In this document: positions 9,982 to 19,521 of the stretch, one piece after another
How the letters are laid out: every line of letters begins with the position of its first letter
Numbering within the stretch: position 1 is the first letter of the stretch
From: Bacteroidia bacterium
GTDB taxonomy: Bacteria > Bacteroidota > Bacteroidia > SpSt-205
DNA length: 64,000 nucleotides
NCBI GenBank assembly: GCA_039630325.1
Contig: JBCNVG010000029.1
Location: 17,094-81,093 of the forward strand
Reading direction: 5' to 3'
The notes under the pieces: generated by a model
The model's database searches: none
Seen by the model: only the letters and a program-made list of their open reading frames with translations
What the model was told of the DNA's origin: nothing
Position numbers and translations under genes: made by a program

Positions 9982-12798
9982 GTGCGGCATATTCTGATTA
10001 TCGGTAGTGGGCCCATAGTGATTGGGCAAGCGGCGGAGTTTGATTATTCTGGCTCCCAGGCTGCCAGAGCCCTGCGAAAAGAAGGCTACGTCGTACACCT
10101 CCTCAACTCCAATCCCGCCACTATCATGACAGACCCTGTGACGGCAGATTTTGTGCATCTGCTGCCTTTGACCCCAGAGAGCGTGGAGCATATTCTTCGG
10201 ACCCATCCCATAGACGCGGTACTTCCGACCATGGGGGGGCAGACGGCCCTCAACTTAGCAATGGAGTGCCATAAGCTGGGAATATGGGAGCGATATGGGA
10301 TCCGGATCATTGGAGCTTCCCTTCAAGCCATAGAGGTAGCGGAAGACCGCGAGAAGTTTCGGTTATGGGGCGAGAAGTTAGGGCTGCCTATGCTGCCAGC
10401 GGGTATTGCTCGCTCCTACCTGGAAGCGAAGGATTTGGCTCAGAAACTGGGGTATCCAGTGGTCCTTAGGCCTTCATTTACGCTGGGAGGAGCAGGTGCT
10501 CAGCTGGTCTCGTCCAAAGCGGAGTTGGAGCGGGCAGTGGGGCGCGCCCTCGCTCTCAGCCCTGTGCATGAAGTATTGGTAGAAAAAAGCGTAGCAGGCT
10601 GGAAGGAGTTTGAGCTGGAGGTCATGCGCGATAAGGACGGGAACTTCGTCGTCGTCTGCACTATCGAGAACCTTGACCCCATGGGGATTCATACAGGAGA
10701 TTCTATTACGGTGGCCCCGGCGATGACGCTGCCTGACTCCGTTTTCCAGCGCATGCGAGACTATGCGAAGGCGCTTCTTCTGTCATTTCCAGACTTCGCA
10801 GGTGGATGTAACGTCCAATTTGCCCTAAGCCCTCACAGTGAGGAAATGTACATCATAGAAATCAATCCGCGGGTGTCGCGCTCCTCTGCGTTGGCTTCTA
10901 AGGCGACAGGGTATCCTATTGCCAAAATAGCGGCTTTGTTGGCAGTGGGCAAGCGGCTCGATGAAATCACTAACCCTGTGACAGGCACTACCTCTGCCTT
11001 TTTTGAGCCGAGTATAGACTACGTCGTAGTCAAAGTGCCTCGGTGGAACTTTGACAAATTTCCCGGAGCTAATCGGCAGCTGGGCATGCAGATGCGCAGC
11101 GTCGGCGAAGCCATGGGCATCGGACGCTCTTTCATTGAAGCCCTGCAAAAAGCAGTTCAATCCTTAGAACTGCGGCGAAATGGCCTCGGAGCTGATGGCC
11201 GAGAAGTTCAAGACCTTACCCAGCTTCTCCATGGCCTGGAAAAGCCCAGTTGGAATCGGATATTTTACATCCATGATGCGTTTTTAGCTGGGGTGCCCTT
11301 GCGCACTATTCACAAGCTTACGAACATAGATGAGTGGTTCCTCCACCAGATTCAAGAGCTGGTAGAAATAGAGCGGGAACTTATGGGGCATACCTTAGAG
11401 ACTTTGACCCCCGAGCTTCTATGGCGAGCCAAAGTCGCTGGGCTAGGGGATCGCCAAATAGCACACTTAGTGCAGACGGTGGAGAGCCAGATTTTTGCGC
11501 TTCGCCAGAAATGGGGCATTCATCGGGTCTATAAGCGGGTCGATACCTGCGCAGCGGAATTTGAAGCGCAGACTCCTTATTACTACTCTACTTTCGAGCC
11601 TCAAGGAGAGGATGAGGGAGTGACCTTCCAATCGGAGCACGAGGGCAAGTCGAGACTCCTAATCTTGGGTTCTGGGCCTAACCGCATTGGTCAAGGGGTG
11701 GAGTTTGATTACTGCTGCGTTCATGGAGTACTTGCTGCTCAGAGACTGGGCTACGAAGCTATCATGGTCAACTGCAATCCCGAAACTGTCTCCACTGACC
11801 CTGATATTTCCGATCGCCTATATTTTGAGCCTGTTTTCTGGGAGCATGTATATGAAATCATTCAGCGGGAGAAGCCAGTAGGGGTCGTAGTGCAGCTCGG
11901 AGGTCAAACGCCCCTTAAGCTGGCGGAAAAGCTACACCGGTACGGCATACCCCTCATAGGTACCGACTACGAGGCCATTGATATTTCTGAGGATCGGGGG
12001 AAGTTCTCTGGGCTATTAGAAGAGCTGGGCATTCCTTATCCGCCTTTTGGGGTGGCACGCACGCCTGACGAGGCCGTCGCCCTGGCAGAACGATTAGGGT
12101 ACCCAGTACTGGTGCGTCCCAGCTATGTGCTGGGGGGCCAGCGCATGCGTATCGTCGTAGATGAAGAAGAGCTGGTAGAACAGATAGTGGCGATCCTCCG
12201 AGATATGCCTGGAAATCGGATCCTTATAGACCGATTTCTTTCAGGGGCTGTGGAAGCCGAGATTGATGCGCTCTGCGATGGAGAAAACATAGGCATCATC
12301 GGCCTCATGGAGCATATAGAACCTGCGGGAGTGCATTCGGGTGACTCTACGGCGGTGCTGCCGGCATTTTCGCTGCCAGCCGAGGTTCAGGCAACTATGC
12401 GACTGTATGCCGAGAAGCTGGCGCGCCGCCTGCGCGTACGAGGGTTTATGAATGTGCAGTATGCCTATCACCAGGGCACTGTGTATGTGATAGAGGCAAA
12501 CCTACGTGCTTCGCGCACGGTACCATTTCTGTGTAAAGCCTACAATAAGCCTTTTGTCCAGTGGGCGATGGATATTTTAGTAGGGGGCAAACGGGTGCAA
12601 GATTTCAGCTTTCCTACGGAGCTGCCTGGATATGCCTTGAAGCTGCCGGTGTTTTCGTTTGATCGATTTCCTGAGGTAGAAAAGCATTTAGGCCCCGAGA
12701 TGCGTTCTACGGGGGAGGAGATTAGATTTGTGAAGTCGTTAGATGATCCTCTATTTCGCTCGCTTTACGCCATGCGCAGTGTATATCTGAGCCGGTGA
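9982..12798 (+). CDS. carB: Carbamoyl-phosphate synthase large subunit
   Basis: Duplicated ATP-grasp halves (IIGSGPIVIGQAAEFDYSG… and ILGSGPNRIGQGVEFDYC…), 938 aa. Canonical CarB architecture. Confidence 0.95.
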   Translation: MRHILIIGSGPIVIGQAAEFDYSGSQAARALRKEGYVVHLLNSNPATIMTDPVTADFVHLLPLTPESVEHILRTHPIDAVLPTMGGQTALNLAMECHKLGIWERYGIRIIGASLQAIEVAEDREKFRLWGEKLGLPMLPAGIARSYLEAKDLAQKLGYPVVLRPSFTLGGAGAQLVSSKAELERAVGRALALSPVHEVLVEKSVAGWKEFELEVMRDKDGNFVVVCTIENLDPMGIHTGDSITVAPAMTLPDSVFQRMRDYAKALLLSFPDFAGGCNVQFALSPHSEEMYIIEINPRVSRSSALASKATGYPIAKIAALLAVGKRLDEITNPVTGTTSAFFEPSIDYVVVKVPRWNFDKFPGANRQLGMQMRSVGEAMGIGRSFIEALQKAVQSLELRRNGLGADGREVQDLTQLLHGLEKPSWNRIFYIHDAFLAGVPLRTIHKLTNIDEWFLHQIQELVEIERELMGHTLETLTPELLWRAKVAGLGDRQIAHLVQTVESQIFALRQKWGIHRVYKRVDTCAAEFEAQTPYYYSTFEPQGEDEGVTFQSEHEGKSRLLILGSGPNRIGQGVEFDYCCVHGVLAAQRLGYEAIMVNCNPETVSTDPDISDRLYFEPVFWEHVYEIIQREKPVGVVVQLGGQTPLKLAEKLHRYGIPLIGTDYEAIDISEDRGKFSGLLEELGIPYPPFGVARTPDEAVALAERLGYPVLVRPSYVLGGQRMRIVVDEEELVEQIVAILRDMPGNRILIDRFLSGAVEAEIDALCDGENIGIIGLMEHIEPAGVHSGDSTAVLPAFSLPAEVQATMRLYAEKLARRLRVRGFMNVQYAYHQGTVYVIEANLRASRTVPFLCKAYNKPFVQWAMDILVGGKRVQDFSFPTELPGYALKLPVFSFDRFPEVEKHLGPEMRSTGEEIRFVKSLDDPLFRSLYAMRSVYLSR

Positions 12799-12875
12799 TA
12801 AGCTCCGTGAAGTTTTGAGAGAATCAGTACCAAAAGGCGAAGGGCTCATCTGGATTTTTTCTTTCTGCATCAAGC

Positions 12876-13778
12876 CTATTTGCGAAAAAGAAGCATGCCG
12901 CCTGTCGTTAAGCCAGCTGCCACGGCGAGCTGCCAGGTAAGCGGTTCCTGCCCTAATATAGCAGCTAAGGCTGCAGTACCCAGTGGCTGGAAACTGATAT
13001 ACAAGGCTGTCTGCGTGGGACTAAGATAACGAAGTCCTGCATTGAGGAGGAGATAGGCCGCAACGGACATACCCAAGATGAGGTATAGCAGACTGAACCA
13101 GGCTATTGGGCTGGTAGGTAAAGCCTTCTGGAGCAGAAGGCCCAGGAAGAGGGTAGGGGTGTGTAAGATACCGCCCAGGATCATCACCCCTGTGGTGACG
13201 CCAATAGCCCCAATGCGATTTATCACTGGCGGAGAGTAGTTCAGATACCAAGCCCAGAAGCCTACTGCGGACAGAATCAGCAGCCATCCCCATCCGTGCG
13301 CACTATGCAGGAGGTTATGCCACAGGGCTAAGATGACTCCCGCATACGCCACCAAGAGCGCGGCTACCTTGCGCCACTGAAAAGCCTCTTTGTGAAATAC
13401 CCAAATCCCCAGCCAAAAAACCACTGACGGCGTGAGAGCATAAATCAGCGCTGTGGTCGCAGCGGTGGTGTATCGCAGCCCCCAGTTGAATAGAAGCTGA
13501 TTGAATAAGACGCCTACAACTGCAAGTATCCACAAGCGATGACGCAAAGCGGGGGATAGCTGAGCCCAGCTATGGGTGACCCAACCTAAGCGCCGAAAAA
13601 TCGGTAGTAGAGCAAGGTACATTATAGCGCTTCCCCACGCTCGTAGTCCAGTCAAAAATAGCGGATCAAATGTCTGGGCTGCTTCTCGTCCGACGACATA
13701 TCCGCCGCATATGATGAGGGTTTGCCCTGTCAGGGCCAAGTGACCCTTCCAGGAAGTCGAGGAGGCAGTGGAAGTCAT
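12876..13778 (-). CDS. DMT/EamA-like permease (about 10 TM). The ORF extends to 13820; the start is probably the Met overlapping the upstream stop.
   Basis: Highly hydrophobic polytopic protein with duplicated EamA-like halves. ATG overlaps the stop of the upstream nuclease gene, suggesting translational coupling. Confidence 0.5.
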   Translation of the reverse strand: MTSTASSTSWKGHLALTGQTLIICGGYVVGREAAQTFDPLFLTGLRAWGSAIMYLALLPIFRRLGWVTHSWAQLSPALRHRLWILAVVGVLFNQLLFNWGLRYTTAATTALIYALTPSVVFWLGIWVFHKEAFQWRKVAALLVAYAGVILALWHNLLHSAHGWGWLLILSAVGFWAWYLNYSPPVINRIGAIGVTTGVMILGGILHTPTLFLGLLLQKALPTSPIAWFSLLYLILGMSVAAYLLLNAGLRYLSPTQTALYISFQPLGTAALAAILGQEPLTWQLAVAAGLTTGGMLLFRK

Positions 13779-16336
13779 GAGAGACGGTCGCATAAAAGGG
13801 CAAAGTCGCAGTGAGCGCAATAGCGCCGTTGAGTAGTCATAGGAAAGTCAGTAGCTGATTTAGCCCTACCGAGGTAGGCTCGGATCTTACTCAAAGCCCG
13901 GGTTAGCTCAGCACTTAGATGTATTATTTCATCGGGGTTGTAAAGCTCGTAGGGGAGACGTGATCTCGCTTCCTCATCCTTGTCAGTAGGACGCCACCAG
14001 AGAGAGACTAATGCGGCTTGATCTATGTGTTGGCCGATTCGGTGGAGCATCCACGCATAGATGAGCAGTTGGCAGACAGGCTCGCGGTAATCTTCAGGTG
14101 TGGTATATTCAGAGTTGCAGAGCTCTTTGACCGCTTCTTTTATTGCGGTTAGAGCTTCGGTGACTTTCTGACCTTTGGCTCGGGTGGAAGATTTGAGGTC
14201 TAAAAGAAAAGTTCGTCTCCATACTTCGCCTGTATTAGAATGGAGTCCCTCGGCTTTTACTAATAAGTCTATCTGTCCATGGAGTTTTTCCTCAGGTAGC
14301 CGTATAGGAAGCTCTGGTCTAAGTAGAAATCGGAGCTTCAGCGACCTTGGAATATGGCGCCATCGTAAGATTGGGGGAAAAGGGGGAATGCTCCCGCTGG
14401 CTTCCCCAGTGAGGTCTATGAGAGTTTTGAGAAAAGGATATCCGACGTAGGACAGAATAGGGCGTAAAAGGTGGTATTTCCGTTTCCAGCGTAGGAGGTT
14501 TCCTGGCGGGGTAGAGGAGGCAAATCGTCCGCGTCGAGAGGCAAGACGATAATATATGCGGCGTGGCCCAAGTAAGTGCAGTAAGCGGCGCAGAGATAGG
14601 AAGGAAGCCTTCTGAGCGAAGAGTCTGCTGAATAGGCTATGAAGCTGAATTCCCAGTTCTGCTGCTTCGGAGGGGGGGCGTTTTTCAAGCTGGCTATCCC
14701 AATACATTCGTCGAGGGCAGGTGAGCAACTGGCTGATACGGGAAGGACTGAGCCACTCGGGCGACGAAATAGACTCCGAAGGCGTCAAAGGTGCCGGAGA
14801 AGGTAGGAGAGGAGGCGCTGGAGTAGCGGGTGGTAGGAGAGTTATGTCGGACTCGGCCTTGAAGAGTGAGAGATGATTGAGAAACTCTTCAAGTGGAGTG
14901 ACATACTCCATACCAGCGCGCCGATAGAGATAAATGTCTCTGCTTCCCCACAGGAGGAGGCTCATGAGCCGCCATTCCATCTGGTGATGAAGGTGGGGGG
15001 GGGAGAACTGCTGACGAAGTGAAGCTACCCAGAAGCTGGGACGCATCCATTTCCCTAAGGGTTCACTGGACGGCTCTATAATGAATACTGCATCATACGC
15101 CCCACCCGCTAACTGCGGCAGCCTTCCAAGATATATCTGCGTATCAGCAGACCAAGTAGACGTCATGAGAGCCTCTCCTTGGAGAAGCCTAAATAGAAAT
15201 CGCCAGCTTTCCGCCGCATTCGGCGCACTATTTTGACGCACAGTGTCATACAATAGGAAGGTCCAGCGCTCTTCTGGGGCTTCGATTGAAAGCTCTATTG
15301 GAGGCCATTCAGCGAGCACTTCTTGTACCCCAGCAGAAAAATAGGGATATAAAGCTTGTCCAACTTGGGTTTTTTCCAGTAGAGTGGGGTTCTTAGGTGA
15401 CAGCTTTGAACTGATAGCGGGATTTTGCTCTAAAAAGAATCGTATGAGCTCTGCATACTCGCCTTCGCACCATACGGCGATGCGAGCCTCAGGATGGGCG
15501 TTCATGTACTGCGAGATAGCCCGAGCAGCTTCCTCGGCTACCTCTAAGAGGGTAGTGTAAGTGTGTATGCGGGCAGTGCGGGAATAGCTATCCCATTCAA
15601 ACTGCTGAGTAGCTAAGCCTTTTTCCCCCCAAATCGCTGGTAAAACGCGCTCTAATGGCAGGAGATCCCAACTCCATACCTCGGCTCCGTAGCGTATAGC
15701 GGCTGAAAGGGTTTTTTTCACCACAGGATATACGCTGTATAAATGCAAGAATACTACGCCTTCCCACTGATCTCGTAAGCTTGTAAGCTGATGCAGGGCC
15801 GATTCAGAAAAAGCGATCCGAGCCTTCTGGAGATGAGCTGTGTACGCAGCGAGAAACTGGGGGAACTGCTGCCAAAACTCCTTTACTGCCTTAGGTGGCT
15901 TCCGGGGAAAAGGGAGAACTTTGAGCCATTCTGGGGCTTCTCCATCTGCAAAAAGCTCGAAGGTGGCTTGGATACTGCGGTGCGCTTGTAGGTTTTTCCA
16001 GTAGCTTTTCCCTTCTTCTAACGAGGAGACGCCTCGAAGGAGCTCTTCCCAATCACGTCCCAGTCGCTGGGCTGCTTCCCAGGCTTCTGCCAGGTTGGCT
16101 TCTCGGGCGATTCCCACAGCTCGAAGAGCTGCCTCATATGCCTTAAAGAGGTCCAGCGGGTTAGGCTTTCGCTGAGAAAGTCTCTCTACCCCCCAAGTAT
16201 AAATGTCAGTTATCCTATCATATCTCGTATAGGCTTTTAGAGCCTCCGCAAAGAATGGATCTGCTACTATGAAAGTGGCTCCCTGAGCGGCATATGTGCT
16301 AAAACTCTTCTTCTGAGCCGCAGTCAGTAGGCTCAT
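13775..16336 (-). CDS. AddB-like PD-(D/E)XK nuclease-family protein with C-terminal Cys cluster (RecB-type nuclease plus Fe-S), 853 aa. No Walker motifs.
   Basis: C-terminal RecB-nuclease motifs (GQIDLLV…, LLDLKS, QLLIYAW) followed by CAHCDFALLC. Long degenerate helicase-like N-terminal region without P-loop. G9 tract at 14995..15003. Confidence 0.55.
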   Translation of the reverse strand: MSLLTAAQKKSFSTYAAQGATFIVADPFFAEALKAYTRYDRITDIYTWGVERLSQRKPNPLDLFKAYEAALRAVGIAREANLAEAWEAAQRLGRDWEELLRGVSSLEEGKSYWKNLQAHRSIQATFELFADGEAPEWLKVLPFPRKPPKAVKEFWQQFPQFLAAYTAHLQKARIAFSESALHQLTSLRDQWEGVVFLHLYSVYPVVKKTLSAAIRYGAEVWSWDLLPLERVLPAIWGEKGLATQQFEWDSYSRTARIHTYTTLLEVAEEAARAISQYMNAHPEARIAVWCEGEYAELIRFFLEQNPAISSKLSPKNPTLLEKTQVGQALYPYFSAGVQEVLAEWPPIELSIEAPEERWTFLLYDTVRQNSAPNAAESWRFLFRLLQGEALMTSTWSADTQIYLGRLPQLAGGAYDAVFIIEPSSEPLGKWMRPSFWVASLRQQFSPPHLHHQMEWRLMSLLLWGSRDIYLYRRAGMEYVTPLEEFLNHLSLFKAESDITLLPPATPAPPLLPSPAPLTPSESISSPEWLSPSRISQLLTCPRRMYWDSQLEKRPPSEAAELGIQLHSLFSRLFAQKASFLSLRRLLHLLGPRRIYYRLASRRGRFASSTPPGNLLRWKRKYHLLRPILSYVGYPFLKTLIDLTGEASGSIPPFPPILRWRHIPRSLKLRFLLRPELPIRLPEEKLHGQIDLLVKAEGLHSNTGEVWRRTFLLDLKSSTRAKGQKVTEALTAIKEAVKELCNSEYTTPEDYREPVCQLLIYAWMLHRIGQHIDQAALVSLWWRPTDKDEEARSRLPYELYNPDEIIHLSAELTRALSKIRAYLGRAKSATDFPMTTQRRYCAHCDFALLCDRLS

Positions 16337-17241
16337 TTGACGACGAACTGACCGCGTCCTATTTCCACCCCCTCACAGAATACCACGACTTGATAAGTCC
16401 CTTTGATGAGCTCTTGATCTTCTGGACGGTCGTATATGGCACATACCTCTTGGGCGGTATTATTGTAGGTGAAGTTGACCTTCGCTGAGAAAGGCTGCTC
16501 CGCGTCCATCAAAGTAAAGTATCCGCTGGATTGGGCAAAGTTGGTGATGACTTTGCCAGTAGGGTCTGAGATGACGACGTAGGCCGTCCGAGGACCTGGT
16601 TCGGCGACCTGATTTTCCAGTACAGTGAAGCAAATCTTGAGCCGCTGGATGCGCCGAGGCCTGAACTCCGTGTCCCAATCTTCTTTGCCATTCTCCTTGA
16701 TGGCGGCGAAACGAAAGTTGATAGCCTTGAGGTAAGAGGCAGCTTTGACTTTGACCGCTAAGCGCTCTTTTTCTTTCAAAACCTCCTGAGTTTCTGTGGC
16801 TTGTTTTTCTATTGTCTTTTCTAACTCTGCAGTGCGAGCGCGCAGTTGCTCATTTTCTTCTTCGAGTTGGCGAATGCGTTCCTGGTACTTTTGAATATAA
16901 TAGGCCATCTGCTCTGTTTTGTAGCGCATTTCTTCGGCTTGGCGAGCAGAAATACGTCCCTGTTCTTCATATCGGCGAATTTGCGCGCGGGTGCGTTCCA
17001 GTTCTCTAGAAAGCTCCTCCACCTTACGACTTTTCTCGGCTAAGTCCATGTCCTTACGCTCAAGCTCCTGCTGCAGAGCCAGGATACGCTGGTCTAACTC
17101 CTGAATGTTTTTTTCCAGTTCTATTTTTTCCTCTTTGAGGACTGTGGTTTGCTTTTGAGCCTTTCTTAGCTGCCAATAGAGCACACCTGCGGTGATCGAA
17201 AGTAGCACGATAATTACGCCGGCGATGATACCTTGTCGCAC
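16333..17241 (-). CDS. Membrane-anchored coiled-coil protein with a C-terminal globular domain of about 130 aa, 302 aa
   Basis: N-terminal TM helix (IIAGVIIVLLSITAGVLYW), about 150 aa of E/K/R/Q-rich heptads, then non-repetitive C-terminus. Overlaps the downstream nuclease gene by 4 nt. Confidence 0.45.
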   Translation of the reverse strand: MRQGIIAGVIIVLLSITAGVLYWQLRKAQKQTTVLKEEKIELEKNIQELDQRILALQQELERKDMDLAEKSRKVEELSRELERTRAQIRRYEEQGRISARQAEEMRYKTEQMAYYIQKYQERIRQLEEENEQLRARTAELEKTIEKQATETQEVLKEKERLAVKVKAASYLKAINFRFAAIKENGKEDWDTEFRPRRIQRLKICFTVLENQVAEPGPRTAYVVISDPTGKVITNFAQSSGYFTLMDAEQPFSAKVNFTYNNTAQEVCAIYDRPEDQELIKGTYQVVVFCEGVEIGRGQFVVK

Positions 17242-17297
17242 AACGCAAAGTTAGGCGATTGGTAGTCGTATGGGTTTTTGTTAGTAGCATAAAGCAT

Positions 17298-17831
17298 ATG
17301 TCTATCGCAATCATATCTGCCACGCATAGGCCGGACAGCTATACTCGGCGCGTGGCTCTCTACCTTGCTCGGGAGGTGGAGCAGGCTGGAAATATCTACC
17401 ATTTCATAGACTTTCTGACTTTCCCCAGAGATTTTCTATTCTCAGACTTATTTGGTGGGCGGTCCGAAGCCTTTCAGCAGGTCATTCAGACTTTACAGCG
17501 TTGCCCTGTGTGGATATGGGTCATTCCAGAGTATAACGGGAGCTTTCCTGGTATCGCCAAAGTTTTTATAGATGCGCTGCCACGCGATATTTTCCATAAA
17601 AGGCGTGCGGGCCTCGTAGGCGTATCCGATGGCCGGTTTGGAAATGTTCGCGGGCTTGACCACTTCGCAGCTATTCTGCATTATTGTGGGATGGAGGTCT
17701 CTCCTTTTCGGGCTCATCTCATGCATATTCGTTCGCATTGGGATGAGGAGAAAGGAAGTCTCACTCCCGCCTATCAACAAGAGTTAAACAGATTTATGAG
17801 CTTTCTATTTTCCGGGGCTTCAGTTTCCTAG
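17298..17831 (+). CDS. NAD(P)H-dependent FMN reductase / flavodoxin-like fold protein (ORF from 17259)
   Basis: MSIAIISATHRPDSYTRRVALYL… and VIPEYNGSFPGIAKVFIDAL match the FMN_red (SsuE/YieF-like) family. Confidence 0.6.
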   Translation: MSIAIISATHRPDSYTRRVALYLAREVEQAGNIYHFIDFLTFPRDFLFSDLFGGRSEAFQQVIQTLQRCPVWIWVIPEYNGSFPGIAKVFIDALPRDIFHKRRAGLVGVSDGRFGNVRGLDHFAAILHYCGMEVSPFRAHLMHIRSHWDEEKGSLTPAYQQELNRFMSFLFSGASVS

Positions 17832-17924
17832 GTTGTTTGCTCTGAAACTGAAAGTCGCGACATCATTTTAAGCTAAGCTGCCTTATTTTGGAGAGCCAAG
17901 TTAGGCTCTGTCTAACCCATAGTT

Positions 17925-18506
17925 TTGTGTGATATGCGCAGTTATCGTGTGCTCCTCCTGCGAAAGTTTCCTGAAAATCCGACCTTAGGCTTCTATCGTC
18001 ATCCAAAACTTCCTAGCTCGCTTTTAGGGCGGACCCTGGTCCGGTTTCTTCATGTGACCTCTCCGGCTGATGTAGTAGCGTTTTACTACCATGAGCGGTT
18101 ATTTCGGAGCTATGAGGTCCTTTTCACTGACACGCATGTATATGATAAACGGGCCTATTATCCCTTGGAAGATATTCGAGGAGTGGAGCGAAGGGGAGAG
18201 AAACTACTTTTAGAGGTTAGCCAGTTAGGTCGTTCGCTGGTACATGAGATGCCGCTTGGCGCAAGCTTGGCTGCGGAGCTCATGGAGCGGGTGTTTGAGC
18301 TGATTATTCGAGCACCTAAGGAAGATGCCATAGAGAAAGTCATTCAAATGCGCACAGGCCTGAATGCCGCCAGTGTGCAATGGCTCGAGCTGCGCGATGA
18401 GGTGATTCGCACCATAGACCTCCTTTATGAGAAATACCAAGAAGGCAAGCTTTCTCTATTAGAATACGAGATGCTGCGGGAGGACCTACTAAGACGACTT
18501 GTCTAA
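17925..18506 (+). CDS. Hypothetical protein, 193 aa; start overlaps nothing and stop overlaps kynA by 8 nt
   Basis: ORF only. No motif recognised. Overlap with kynA suggests co-transcription. Confidence 0.35.
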   Translation: MCDMRSYRVLLLRKFPENPTLGFYRHPKLPSSLLGRTLVRFLHVTSPADVVAFYYHERLFRSYEVLFTDTHVYDKRAYYPLEDIRGVERRGEKLLLEVSQLGRSLVHEMPLGASLAAELMERVFELIIRAPKEDAIEKVIQMRTGLNAASVQWLELRDEVIRTIDLLYEKYQEGKLSLLEYEMLREDLLRRLV

Positions 18507-19521
18507 GGTGGCGAGTAGGGAGTATAGACTTTATTCCTGTTATATTTGTCTGGTGGAGGACAAGCTTGAAGCCCTTCGTCGAAAATATCGGCTCTTGGGC
18601 CAAGATATGGAGGCATATTTAGAGGGGCTTTTGTATAGTCGCTCTCTTACATATTGGGACTACATAGAGCTGGATACTCTACTTACCCTCCAGAAGCCGC
18701 GCACGGACTTTCCAGATGAGATGATCTTTATCATTTACCACCAAATCACCGAGCTCTATTTCAAGCTGGTCAAAATAGAGCTGTCTCTCCTCCTACAGGA
18801 AAGCTGGCAGGAAGAGCCGCCCCTTCTCAAGCGCTTGAGTCGCATAGCGAGTTATTTTCGTCATCTCACGCATAGCTTTGAGATTATGCTTCATGGGATG
18901 GAGTCGCCTAACTTCCTTCGGTTTCGTACGGCGCTCCTCCCAGCGAGTGGATTTCAGTCAGTGCAGTTCCGTGAGATAGAGTTGTATATGACAGGTCTCC
19001 CTCAGCTTCTTGCCCCTCATAAGCGCAGCGTAGTGGGAGAAAGTATAGAGGAGCAGTATCAACATATTTACTGGAAATACGGCAACCTAGATGCCAGAAC
19101 AGGAGAAAAAACGCTAACCCTTAGGCTATTCGAACAAAAGTATGATGGATATTTGCTGGATTTGGCTAAAAGTCTGGTAAATAAAAATGCGAACTACCGC
19201 TTAGAGGAGCTGATTAGTCGGGGGCAAGCCTCAGAGAACCTGATAAATCTCTGCCGTGAGGTAGATGTTCAGATAAACATACACTGGCGAATGGTGCATT
19301 TGCGGACTGCAGCCTATTACCTCAAGCGAGACCCTCAGACCCTTCCTTCCACGGGAGGAACCAACTGGCCGAAGTATCTGCCGCCCTACGAGCAAAAGAT
19401 TCAGTTCTTCCCCAGCCTGTGGTCGGAAGTGGAAAAGGCAGAATGGGGGCGCGGGAGCTTCTTAGAGCGGTATCAAAAAGAAGTAGAGGCCTACTGGCGC
19501 ATGAAAAGCCCTACGAGTTAG
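18499..19521 (+). CDS. kynA: Tryptophan 2,3-dioxygenase
   Basis: YWDYIELDTLLTLQKP…DEMIFIIYHQITELYFKLV, GFQSVQFREIE and HWRMVHLRTAAYY correspond to conserved TDO blocks (YLxLDxLLxxQ, DEhLFIvxHQxxELWxKL, GFQSxQYR, WRxxH). Confidence 0.75.
   Translation: MSKVASREYRLYSCYICLVEDKLEALRRKYRLLGQDMEAYLEGLLYSRSLTYWDYIELDTLLTLQKPRTDFPDEMIFIIYHQITELYFKLVKIELSLLLQESWQEEPPLLKRLSRIASYFRHLTHSFEIMLHGMESPNFLRFRTALLPASGFQSVQFREIELYMTGLPQLLAPHKRSVVGESIEEQYQHIYWKYGNLDARTGEKTLTLRLFEQKYDGYLLDLAKSLVNKNANYRLEELISRGQASENLINLCREVDVQINIHWRMVHLRTAAYYLKRDPQTLPSTGGTNWPKYLPPYEQKIQFFPSLWSEVEKAEWGRGSFLERYQKEVEAYWRMKSPTS

Noticed and set aside
13775-16336. Labelling the 853-aa protein as a complete RecBCD/AddAB helicase-nuclease
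   Set aside because: No Walker A/B or helicase motifs could be found, and no partner helicase gene is adjacent. Only the C-terminal nuclease/Fe-S module is supported.
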